DNA from: Cyanophora paradoxa CCMP329
Taxonomy: Eukaryota > Plantae > Glaucophyta
Direction of reading: 5' to 3'
Assembly: GCA_004431415.1 (NCBI GenBank)
Contig: QPMI01000115.1
Span: 1-64,000 of the forward strand
DNA: 64,000 nucleotides
A program made the position numbers and the translations under genes. The number at the start of each line of letters is the position of its first letter. Position 1 is the stretch's first letter. Shown here in pieces: positions 1 to 11,495 of the stretch. Below the pieces are notes generated by a model, which saw nothing but the letters and a program-made list of their open reading frames with translations, did no database searches and was not told the origin of the DNA.

Positions 1-2111
1 TTGGTCGATGGTGAACGGGCGGATTTATTTTTTTAGTTTTTTTCCACTGCTTCGCGATTCGTCGAATGTCGAGGCTCGCAACCTCCGCAATGAAGGCGAA
101 CGGTCTCCGACGTAACTTAGATAATATACACCTGACCACAGCTCCACTGATTTATTTTCGGAATCATAGCTCCCCTAGAATTCAACGAAGACGACCGCTC
201 TCCCGTGCGCGTCGCGCGAAAATCGAATTTCCCTCACGGATCAATTCCGGTATTTATACCCCGCCTCGATCGCGAAACTCCAAAAAGTGGGACCCGGTCC
301 CCCGACGAAAGCGCCCCAGGAACGCGCCAAAGCGGTCAGAATGACAGCCAAGAGCGCGCGCATTGCGGCAAGCTCGATTTCGGCCGCCATCGACGCTCCA
401 GTCCAAAGAGTCGGCCGAAATTTTGATCCAGCCAGTCCCGGCCGGTCCCACGACGCGCGCATTCCATGCGTACTGGCGCGCATAGACATAGCATGGCCTG
501 CGCACTCCAGATATCCGCTTTTCGGAGCCGGAACAGTGCAGGAAGGTGCCGGCAGCAAAACTTCGATCCTGCACAGCCCCGGGCAACTTTCCGCGCGCCC
601 AGGCTGCGGCGCATGCTCGGAGCAATAGTGTAAGCATTCGAGATGTAGAAGAAGCCTTTCGCGCGGTCTCTAAATGCGCCGGGCCGCGAGGACCCAGCCG
701 ACCCCGAAAATTCGATCCTGGACGGACCTGCGCATCTTTCCGCGCGCCATCGCATCCCCACGCATGCCCATCGCTACAGTATTCATTTGAGATCTAAACG
801 AAGCCTTCCGCAACGATTCATAAGCTCTGCGCATGCGCCTGGCCGCGAGAACCTTGCCCGTCCCCTCAACAATCTCCTGTCAATTACCTCAGGGCCTCGA
901 GCTCAACTACAGCTAGCTGATTGGCAGCACCACTCCTCCCCTCATTTTATTCTCTCTCAGCTGCACGAGTTCCCATAATTTCATAATTATATTCTCTCAG
1001 GACAACTCCTCTCAGGACAACTCCTCCCATATTATATTCCCTCTCAGCAGCCCTCCCCTAGGCCTCTCCCTAGGCCTACCCCACCGACCCAGCGCCTCCT
1101 CAAACTCCTCTTAATTTTTCCCTTATAATATAGCTGGCTGCCCTGCACGAAAACTGCTCCCCTGATTAAATTTCCTTTCACCAGCCCTCCCCTCCCCTCT
1201 CCTTGCCCCACCGACCCAGAGACAACCACAGCGGGCCGCGATGAAAAAGGGGGGCGCGAGGTGGGCCGCTGAGGCTTCGCCCGATGTTTGGGACCCGCAG
1301 GGGCCCAGGGCTTGTCCGTAAGTCGATGGTGAACGCCCGATTTTATTTTTTTTCCACTCGAGTCCGATTGGTCCGAGCATCCAGATTCGCGACCTCCGCA
1401 ATGAAGGCGACCGGTCTCCGACGTGACACAGAGTTACACGGCTCCACTGATTTATTTTCAGACTCATAGCTCCCCTAGAATTTGCCCAAGACGATCGCTC
1501 TCCCGTGGGCGTCGGGCGAAAATCGAATTTCCCTCTAAGATCAATTCCAGTACTTATACCCCGGGGTTCGATCGCGAAACTCCAAAAAGTGGGACCCGGT
1601 CCCGCGCGGTCCCCCGACGAAAGCGCGCCAGGGACGCCCCAGAGCAATCACAATGACAGACGAGAGCGCGCGCATCGCGGCAAGCTCGATCTCGGCCGCC
1701 GCCGACGCTCCAGTCCGAAGAGTCGGCCGAAATTTTGATCCAGCCGGTTCCGCCCGGTCCCCCGACGCGCGCGTTCGATGCGTACTGGCGCGCATAGACA
1801 TAGCAGGGCCTGCAGCTGCGCACTCCAGATATCCGCTTTTCGGAGCCGGAACAGCGCAGGAAGGTACCCGACAGCAGAAATTCGATCCTCCACAGCCCCG
1901 GGCAACTTTCCGCGCGCCGACGCCGCGGCGCATGCGCGGATCAATAGCATAAGCATTTGAGATGTAGAAGAAGACTTTCGCACGGTCTCTAAATGCGCCG
2001 GGCCGCGAGGACCCAGCCGACCCCGAGAACTCGATCCTTGACGAACCTGCCCATCTTTCCGCGCGCCCTCGCGTCCTCACGCATGCCCATCTCTACAGTA
2101 TTCATTTGAGA
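1..2111. repeat. Pair of diverged ~790-bp direct repeats (about 4-792 and 1322-2111)
   Basis: GTCGATGGTGAACG...CTACAGTATTCATTTGAGA is colinear in both copies with many substitutions; no credible ORF; probably host interspersed repeat/TE remnants. Confidence 0.75.
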
Positions 2112-5100
2112 GGTTTTCCAAGCTTTGCGCAAGCACTCTGGGGGCGAAAGAGCACAAGAACCCAGCCGACGCTGAAATTTCGATCCTGCACAGGCCTGCA
2201 CATATTTCCGTGCGCCCTCGCCTCCGCAGCCCTCCACAGTGATAGTATATGCATTCGAGGTACTTTGCAAGAGATTCGCAAGCTCTACGCATGTGCATGC
2301 GCCTGGCCGCCGGAACCTCGCTCCTCCCCTTAATTATAATGATGAGGAGCTCGAGCTCGAGAGGGGGAAATATATAATATATATTTCCCCCTCGTTCTCA
2401 CCTCGAGCTCGAGCTCTAGCGACCAATATATATATATATATATTCCCCCCTAGATCTCTCCTCGAGCTCGAGCTCCATCGACCAATATATGGCGGTGATG
2501 ACCTCTCGAAAAAGCCCAACCTATTGCACAGGCAAGCTAAGGGCCCACGGCTTATTAAGTGACGGGGCTGCGAGGGCCTGCGGCGGAAGCGCGGCGCGCA
2601 GCAGCCGGGCGCCCTGGCCCAGTGGCTCACCGGGAGGAGCGCAGCCTCGGAGGCGGCGGCCTGGCGACATGACTTCGTGGACGAGACGGCTCGCCGGGCG
2701 GAGCGGAGGCGCGCGGGGCAGCCGCCGGGTGTCGTGGCTCGCCGGGTGGGGCGCAGCCTCGGAGCGCGGCGGCCTGGCGGCGTGGCTCAGCGGCTTGCAA
2801 TTGGTGGCCATGCATGCATGGACAGAGCGGAGGCCCCATGGCCGGCAGCGAGGCTCTCAGGGTGACACAGAGGCATGCAGGCAGCAGGGTGGAAGCTCGC
2901 AGCAGGTATTGCCAGGCTAGATAGCTGGCAAGGTGGTGTATTAGGGGTACAGCGGGCCTGAGCTACAGGGGTACAGGGCTACAGGGACTTGGGAGGTATA
3001 TGCCTACTGCAACACAGGCCCAAGCGCTGCCCGCTAAGCCTCATCGACGCTAAGACAGACACGGAGGCTGAGCGAGCAGGCATGCATTGGCAGGGCTTAC
3101 CACACGTGAGTGTGGGCTTGTATACCGCGCTGACTTAACTACCGCGCTACCATATTACTAAAGTTACCGCGCTCAAAAGTTTTATAACGCGGTAATTTGC
3201 CGAAGTTGGTAGCGCGGACCTGCTGCGCGGTAATATATTGCCTCACGGCTTTATGCCGTCAGGAGCCGGCGCCCCGAGTCTCGCTACTCGCAGTGCTTGG
3301 CCTTAGTCTCCGCAGCGCTCGCATTGAGTGCGCCGATTGGACCCCCGCTACTTTTCATGTACCCCTCCCGGGCTCATACCCCGGGGGACACACTTGTACC
3401 CTGGACTTGTGCTTGCTCCTGGAATACCAGCTCTGCTCGCTCTCGCCGCCAGCCTGCTAGAACTGCACAGCACGCATGGCTAGGCCTAGCAGCACCATAA
3501 ACTAGGCTCTTCTGAAATACTGTCAATTATATACCTAGTCCTGAATTTGCAGCCAACGGCTCAATTTGTATATACCCTTCATGATCATATGCCGCCTCGT
3601 CAAATCCGTTTCCCTGCGGCCACGACCGGGATTGCCCGCCGGAACGAGTTGGAGACAACCGGGAACGGCTTCCTCTACGCGCTCGAGCTAGCGGCGAGCC
3701 CGTAGCTAGCCCGGTTGCCGAGAACGGGGACATACATCGTGCATATGCAAGTCCATGCATGTCGCCGGAGCGCGCCGCCGGACACCCGAAAATGAGCGCG
3801 GATGCGGTTTTCAACTCCCGAACGCGCGCGAGGCTTAAATCGCGCTGGCATTCGAATTCGGGCGGCGTTCGAACCTCGGATCTAAAAAAACCCGCGGGGG
3901 TATAGATAACAGAGCCACAGCTGCTCGTAAAGCGCTGCCCGCAGCTGCACGCTTACGCTTTGTACAGCAGCCGAGAGGCAGCAGCACAGTCCTTGCCTTT
4001 CGGGGCCGGGCGCCGGTCGGGAGAGAGCGCCTTCAGGTGAATTCCTCGAGCTCTGCACCCGCGGCTGACATCGTGCCCGCACCGCGGCTCGCAACATCGC
4101 TCACCGCTCATTCTCCCGCTCCGCTGCCGGTCTTGCGCCGCGTTCACGGACCGCGCAGAGCTTGAACACTCCCATCGCGCGCCTCTGGCTCGCTGGCCGC
4201 CTGGATAGACGATCGGCTCCTTGAAGCATCAGAGGATGTACGCTATTGCTTGGATGGCTCTGCGCTGGCCGCCCTGACCGCGCTGGCCGCAGTGGGAAGT
4301 CCGATTCAGGCGAACTGAAAAAGCTCGCCCTGCCTGGGGCTATCAATGCCCCCGGACGGCAAGTGCTCACTTGAAGACTGTCTTCTTCACATCGTGCATG
4401 GTGCGCTCGCCCGCCCGGCAGGTTCACTTGAAGTCTCACGGGTTCCTTCACAGACGGCGGACCTCGCTCTTTGGGCCAGGTGAGCCGGCGGCGCGGCCGG
4501 ACGGCTCTCGCGTCTATCTCTGAGATATTCACCCGCAGATGCCCTCCGTAGCGCGCGCCTGCAGCCCGCGGGGCGCCCAAGCGGATCGAGAGCTCGGGGC
4601 TCGTCCGGCGGGCGTCGCTCTTTGGGCCAGGTGAGCCGGCGGCGCGGCCGGCGGCTCTCGCAACGGTCTCTGAGATGTCCACACGCAGATGCCCTCCGTA
4701 GCGCGCGCCTGCAGCCCGCGGGGCGCCCAAGCGCATCGAGAGCTCGGGGCTCGTCCGGCGGACCTCGCTCTTTGGGCCGGTTGAGCCGGCGGCGCGGCCG
4801 GACGGCTCTCGCAACTATCTCTGAGATGTCCGCCCGCAGATGTCCGCGGGGCGCAGTCCGCGAGAGCTCGGGGCTTGTGCTCTCCAGGACTCAGGGACTT
4901 AGTGCAGGATCATCGGATCTGATCCCATTCCCCACCTTCTTCCCCGTGAAATTGGATTTCTTCCCATTCGTAATTTCTTGCTCATCGATTCGAAATGATA
5001 CTCATGCTTTTTTTTCCATCAACTTGTTCCTGATGCCACATCCCCCGGGTCCACACCCACCCTCACGAGCCCCACCCCTACGCCTCGGGAAAATCTGTGT

Positions 5101-8100
5101 CGAAGGCCCCACATGCTATGACAGGGCGTAGGGACTTCGAGAACCTGGATGTAATATGTTAGACCCGTCTAACATAGTATATTGACAGTATATAGTCTTT
5201 TGCTTAGATTTGCTAGCAGTCTTGTAGGCATGGGCCGTACCCCAATTTGATCAAAACGCGCTAATTCGGTACCGCGCTAAAGCGCCTATAGCTACCGGCG
5301 CAAAACTTTTAGAACGCGGTAATATACCGTGGTATATGTGGCGCGGTATTTTTTTTTATGTGGCGCGGTAGGGGTCCGGCCCGGCCGTCACGGTCATATG
5401 TGGCGCGGTAGGGGTACGTATCATAGTATACTAGTAGTATACCACGGTAGCCTCGCCGAGTCGCCGAGTCGGTAGGCCATGCATACGGGATGATACGGCC
5501 CGTGAACCGGCCGTGATTAGGGGTGGGCGTAGTGGCGGTCGGACCCCACTGAGTCGGTGGCCCCCCCCCCACTGGCACCCCTATCCTTCCGCGCGCTTTG
5601 CAGATGCGCCGGGCCGCGAGGACCCAGCCGACCCCGAGAACTCGATCCTTGACGAACCTGCCCATCTTTCCGCGCGCCCTCGCGTCCTCACGCATGCCCA
5701 TCTCTACAGTATTCATTTGAGAGGTTTTCCAAGCTTTGCGCAAGCACTCTGGGGGCGAAAGAGCACAAGAACCCAGCCGACGCTGAAATTTCGATCCTGC
5801 ACAGGCCTGCACATATTTCCGTGCGCCCTCGCCTCCGCAGCCCTCCACAGTGATAGTATATGCATTCGAGGTACTTTGCAAGAGATTCGCAAGCTCTACG
5901 CATGTGCATGCGCCTGGCCGCCGGAACCTCGCTCCTCCCCTTAATTATAATGATGAGGAGCTCGAGCTCGAGAGGGGGGAAATATATAAATATATATTTC
6001 CCCCCTCGTTCTCACCTCGAGCTCGAGCTCTAGCGACCAATATATATATATATATTCCCCCCTAGATCTCTCCTCGAGCTCGAGCTCCATCGACCAATAT
6101 ATGGCGGTGATGACCTCTCGAAAAAGCCCAACCTATTGCACAGGCAAGCTAAGGGCCCACGGCTTATTAAGTGACGGGGCTGCGAGGGCCTGCGGCGGAA
6201 GCGCGGCGCGCAGCAGCCGGGCGCCCTGGCCCAGTGGCTCACCGGGAGGAGCGCAGCCTCGGAGGCGGCGGCCTGGCGACATGACTTCGTGGACGAGACG
6301 GCTCGCCGGGCGGAGCGGAGGCGCGCGGGGCAGCCGCCGGGTGTCGTGGCTCGCCGGGTGGGGCGCAGCCTCGGAGCGCGGCGGCCTGGCGGCGTGGCTC
6401 AGCGGCTTGCAATTGGTGGCCATGCATGCATGGACAGAGCGGAGGCCCCATGGCCGGCAGCGAGGCTCTCAGGGTGACACAGAGGCATGCAGGCAGCAGG
6501 GTGGAAGCTCGCAGCAGGTATTGCCAGGCTAGATAGCTGGCAAGGTGGTGTATTAGGGGTACAGCGGGCCTGAGCTACAGGGGTACAGGGCTACAGGGAC
6601 TTGGGAGGTATATGCCTACTGCAACACAGGCCCAAGCGCTGCCCGCTAAGCCTCATCGACGCTAAGACAGACACGGAGGCTGAGCGAGCAGGCATGCATT
6701 GGCAGGGCTTACCACACGTGAGTGTGGGCTTGTATACCGCGCTGACTTAACTACCGCGCTACCATATTACTAAAGTTACCGCGCTCAAAAGTTTTATAAC
6801 GCGGTAATTTGCCGAAGTTGGTAGCGCGGACCTGCTGCGCGGTAATATATTGCCTCACGGCTTTATGCCGTCAGGAGCCGGCGCCCCGAGTCTCGCTACT
6901 CGCAGTGCTTGGCCTTAGTCTCCGCAGCGCTCGCATTGAGTGCGCCGATTGGACCCCCGCTACTTTTCATGTACCCCTCCCGGGCTCATACCCCGGGGGA
7001 CACACTTGTACCCTGGACTTGTGCTTGCTCCTGGAATACCAGCTCTGCTCGCTCTCGCCGCCAGCCTGCTAGAACTGCACAGCACGCATGGCTAGGCCTA
7101 GCAGCACCATAAACTAGGCTCTTCTGAAATACTGTCAATTATATACCTAGTCCTGAATTTGCAGCCAACGGCTCAATTTGTATATACCCTTCATGATCAT
7201 ATGCCGCCTCGTCAAATCCGTTTCCCTGCGGCCACGACCGGGATTGCCCGCCGGAACGAGTTGGAGACAACCGGGAACGGCTTCCTCTACGCGCTCGAGC
7301 TAGCGGCGAGCCCGTAGCTAGCCCGGTTGCCGAGAACGGGGACATACATCGTGCATATGCAAGTCCATGCATGTCGCCGGAGCGCGCCGCCGGACACCCG
7401 AAAATGAGCGCGGATGCGGTTTTCAACTCCCGAACGCGCGCGAGGCCTTAAATCGCGCTGGCATTCGAATTCGGGCGGCGTTCGAACCTCGGATCTAAAA
7501 AAACCCGCGGGGGGTATAGATAACAGAGCCACAGCTGCTCGTAAAGCGCTGCCCGCAGCTGCACGCTTACGCTTTGTACAGCAGCCGAGAGGCAGCAGCA
7601 CAGTCCTTGCCTTTCGGGGCCGGGCGCCGGTCGGGAGAGAGCGCCTTCAGGTGAATTCCTCGAGCTCTGCACCCGCGGCTGACATCGTGCCCGCACCGCG
7701 GCTCGCAACATCGCTCACCGCTCATTCCTCCCGCTCCGCTGCCGGTCTTGCGCCGCGTTCACGGACCGCGCAGAGCTTGAACACTCCCATCGCGCGCCTC
7801 TGGCTCGCTGGCCGGCCTGGATAGACGATCGGCTCCTTGAAGCATCAGAGGATGTACGCTATTGCTTGGATGGCTCTGCGCTGGCCGCCCTGACCGCGCT
7901 GGCCGCAGTGGGAAGTCCGATTCAGGCGAACTGAAAAAGCTCGCCCTGCCTGGGGCTATCAATGCCCCCCGGACGGCAAGTGCTCACTTGAAGACTGTCT
8001 TCTTCACATCGTGCATGGTGCGCTCGCCCCGCCCGGCAGGTTCACTTGAAGTCTCACGGGTTCCTTCACAGACGGCGGACCTCGCTCTTTGGGCCAGGTG

Positions 8101-9202
8101 AGCCGGCTGCGCGGCCGGACGGCTCTCGCGTCGATCTCTGAGATATTCACCCGCAGATGCCCTCCGTAGCGCGCGCCTGCAGCCCGCGGGGCGCCCAAGC
8201 GCATCGAGAGCTCGGGGCTCGTCCGGCGGGCCTCGCTCTTTGGGCCAGGTGAGCCGGCGGCGCGGCCGGGCGGCTCTCGCAACGGTCTCTGAGATGTCCA
8301 CACGCAGATGCCCTCCGTAGCGCGCGCCTGCAGCCCGCGGGGCGCCCAAGCGCATCGAGAGCTCGGGGCTCGTCCGGCGGACCTCGCTCTTTGGGCCGGT
8401 TGAGCCGGCGGCGCGGCCGGACGGCTCTCGCAACTATCTCTGAGATGTCCGCCCGCAGATGTCCGCGGGGCGCAGTCCGCGAGAGCTCGGGGCTTGTGCT
8501 CTCCAGGACTCAGGGACTTAGTGCAGGATCATCGGATCTGATCCCATTCCCCACCTTCTTCCCCGTGAAATTGGATTTCTTCCCATTCGTAATTTCTTGC
8601 TCATCGATTCGAAATGATACTCATGCTTTTTTTTCCATCAACTTGTTCCTGATGCCACATCCCCCCGGGTCCACACCCACCCCTCACGAGCCCCACCCCC
8701 TACGCCTCGGGAAAATCTGTGTCGAAGGCCCCACATGCTATGACAGGGCGTAGGGACTTCGAGAACCTGGATGTAATATGTTAGACCCGTCTAACATAGT
8801 ATATTGACAGTATATAGTCTTTTGCTTAGATTTGCTAGCAGTCTTGTAGGCATGGGCCGTACCCCAATTTGATCAAAACGCGCTAATTCGGTACCGCGCT
8901 AAAGCGCCTATAGCTACCGGCGCAAAACTTTTAGAACGCGGTAATATACCGTGGTATATGTGGCGCGGTATTTTTTTTTATGTGGCGCGGTAGGGGTCCG
9001 GCCCGGCCGTCACGGTCATATGTGGCGCGGTAGGGGTACGTATCATAGTATACTAGTAGTATACCACGGTAGCCTCGCCGAGTCGCCGAGTCGGTAGGCC
9101 ATGCATACGGGATGATACGGCCCGTGAATCGGCCGTGATTAGGGGTGGGCGTAGTGGCGGTCGGACCCCACTGAGTCGGTGGCCCCCCCCCACTGGCACC
9201 CC
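1993..9202. repeat. 3.6-kb tandem duplication (1993-5581 and 5604-9202) with a 22-nt junction filler
   Basis: Near-identical copies (ORF track repeats with offset 3611-3612); differences are mostly homopolymer-length indels; filler TATCCTTCCGCGCGCTTTGCAG at 5582-5603. Confidence 0.9.
4455..4842. repeat. ~151-bp GC-rich tandem repeat, about 2.5 units (second array at about 8073-8462)
   Basis: Units starting CGGCGG(A/G)C(C/G)TCGCTCTTTGGGCC at 4455, 4606 and 4756. Confidence 0.85.
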
Positions 9203-10116
9203 ACTCAGTGGCCGCCAGTGGCGGGGGGGTACGTCGTGTTTCACGCAAAAAACGGTCCAAACCCTATCTAAATCTCGCCGAGCTCAAGGCGCTACGCGCC
9301 TAAAGTAATTATGAGAGCTTTTCGACGGTCTAATGGTATGAGTACGCCCAGTTGTGTATTGGGACTGAGCACGGGATGTAATCGGCGTGCTCGCCGGTCG
9401 CGCCAGGCGTGATCGGCTGTATCACTGGATCCGGAGCGCTAGCGCCCTCCTCACCCTCGCTCGCGCTCATCGCAGGGCGCGGGGGTCGGGGTGCGCGTAC
9501 GCGTGCTTCTCAGTGCTGCGGCGCAGCTGCGCGCGCCTGCTTCCGTGCACGGCGTGCAGCCGGCGCCCAGCTAGCGCTAGCGCCGATCGCGATCACAGAA
9601 TCTTGGCGCAGATCCGATAAGATCTGCTAAGATCCGCATCAATAGGCCGGCAGATCCTGGGTCGATCGAGTCCCTGCGCACCGCTCCCCCCCCCCTAATA
9701 CGCTAATTTGTATGCCACTTAGGGTTGCCGCTTCGCACGAAGTTTCGCACAGGCCCCCCGAAAGCGAAACTGACGCGAAGTTTCGCATGTTTCGCACGAA
9801 GTTTCGCATGTCCTAGAGAACCCGAAGAGAATGACAGAAAGGAGGCGCCAACCTGCACGTAGTAGGGCTCCGAAGGGCTCAGCTACGTCCTAATCATCCT
9901 CCTCCTCGTCATTCCCATCATTCTCCTCCTCCTTCTTCTCCTCCGGATCCTCCAAGTACGCGTACCCCCCCACCCAGCCCCTTCCAAGGCCACGCCCGCG
10001 GCCACCTGTCCGTGCCGCCAGCCTTGCCGCAGTGCCTCCTCTTCAGTTGCAAGCTCCTCGGCTGCGAAGCCTTTGAAGAGCCTTCTGCGCGACTGGCGCT
10101 GCAGGGCTCGAACCGA

Positions 10117-10469
10117 AGCTCAGCTTGGCGCGGTGTCTCCAACAATTAAATCCGCGGATCCTTACGATTCACCGTAACAGCATCGAATCTAATCGAAAAT
10201 CACCGTAAGGCTCAGTGTCACGATCGATAATTTCGGTTTCACAATCGATATAATACAACTTCATCGATTAACTCGACCCAATTCATCTTTTTATGCGCGG
10301 TGACTTCGTTAAGTCGGCAGAATGCCTCTTCTCCCACGATTCCGCACGATTCCGCTCGATACACAGTAAGAATTCGTCTTTTTTCGCGCGGTGTCTCCCA
10401 CGATTCACAGTAACTTTTAACCAAAAGTTTAATAAAAATAAATCATGCACGACTTCTTAGATTATACTT
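10117..10469 (+). repeat. PLV-1 left TIR (353 bp)
   Basis: Reverse complement of 53227-53579; starts AGCTCAGCTTGGCGCGGTGTCTCC, ends ATTATACTT and includes the last codons of the integrase. Confidence 0.95.
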
Positions 10470-11495
10470 TCTTCTCACAACATTGCTACGGTTTGGTTTG
10501 ATTCCTTCTTTCTTCAACCTTTGATTAACTGTATTCGTTTTCTTTACTCTTGTTATTCGTTTTTGCGATGGAATCTTAATGACTTCATTAACTTTCACTT
10601 TCTGTAATTCTTGCTTCTTGAAGCGTCGCTTAACTTCCTTCTCGTCCCCATCCATATCTTCCAACACTTTGAATCTATTCCCATCAGACCTTCCAACTTT
10701 ATAAACCTTTTGACTAAACCTTGCACCTTCCTTTTCAAATGCACTCTTCTTACCTTCTAACACTCGAACAGTATCACCTGGTTTAACATCGACTCTCTCA
10801 TTTCCCTTCACGTTATTATTGTGAACAGTATCCCGAAGGTAAATATATAGTTGTTTATCTTCGTTAGAATACACTGTATTTGGTGAATCATTCTTCAAGG
10901 CACTATGGGGTGAATTGTTATAAATGGCGAGAACTTCGGTCACTAAATCAATCCACTTACTTGTCCCATTCGATGTCATTGCCTTCCGTAAATACTGCTT
11001 GAAAGTCCTGGTGAATCGATCGATAATTCCGAGTTTATCACCAACTGTAATGTGTTCATCCTTAGCGACATCGGTATACAATCGCACCCCATGTTCTCCA
11101 CACCAATTGCGATACATTGCGCTGGAAAACTCATTATCTCCCGATAGAGCAGCAACTTTACCTGCATCCTGTTTGAATCGATTTAGAATACTTGGGATGT
11201 TTTCGTTCGTTTTGAAAGGATACACGAATGCCTTTCTGCTCAGAATATCAACAAAACTAATCATCTTAAAAATACCATTGTTTGCAGTTTGAAATCCTTT
11301 GAAATACATAATATCTACTTGGAATGAACGTGGTTTCGCAACAATCCTTAGGAATGATTTAGGCTTTTTCGGTTTCTTGAATATCTGATGCACTTCTGAG
11401 TTTAAAAAGCGTTTTTTCAATTCTTCCTCATCAAAGTTTACTTTATCATTAATCAATTTCTGGCGATACTTCTTGTAAGATAACACATTATCCAT
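10443..11495 (-). CDS. rve-family (retroviral-like/Polinton-type) integrase of PLV-1
   Basis: FQVDIMYF, VDILSRKAFVYP, LSGDNEF, IIDRFTRTFKQYL, WIDLV...YNNSPHSALK..SP motifs followed by an SH3-like GDTVRV region. Confidence 0.9.
   Translation of the reverse strand: MDNVLSYKKYRQKLINDKVNFDEEELKKRFLNSEVHQIFKKPKKPKSFLRIVAKPRSFQVDIMYFKGFQTANNGIFKMISFVDILSRKAFVYPFKTNENIPSILNRFKQDAGKVAALSGDNEFSSAMYRNWCGEHGVRLYTDVAKDEHITVGDKLGIIDRFTRTFKQYLRKAMTSNGTSKWIDLVTEVLAIYNNSPHSALKNDSPNTVYSNEDKQLYIYLRDTVHNNNVKGNERVDVKPGDTVRVLEGKKSAFEKEGARFSQKVYKVGRSDGNRFKVLEDMDGDEKEVKRRFKKQELQKVKVNEVIKIPSQKRITRVKKTNTVNQRLKKEGIKPNRSNVVRRKYNLRSRA

Noticed and set aside
66-10145. Many GC-rich ORFs in the left flank
   Set aside because: Low-complexity Arg/Ala/Pro/Gly translations overlapping on both strands within repeats; no recognisable motifs.
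10239-10424. 61-aa ORF in the PLV-1 TIR (mirror 53272-53457)
   Set aside because: Non-ATG start, no motif; duplicated only because it lies in the TIR.
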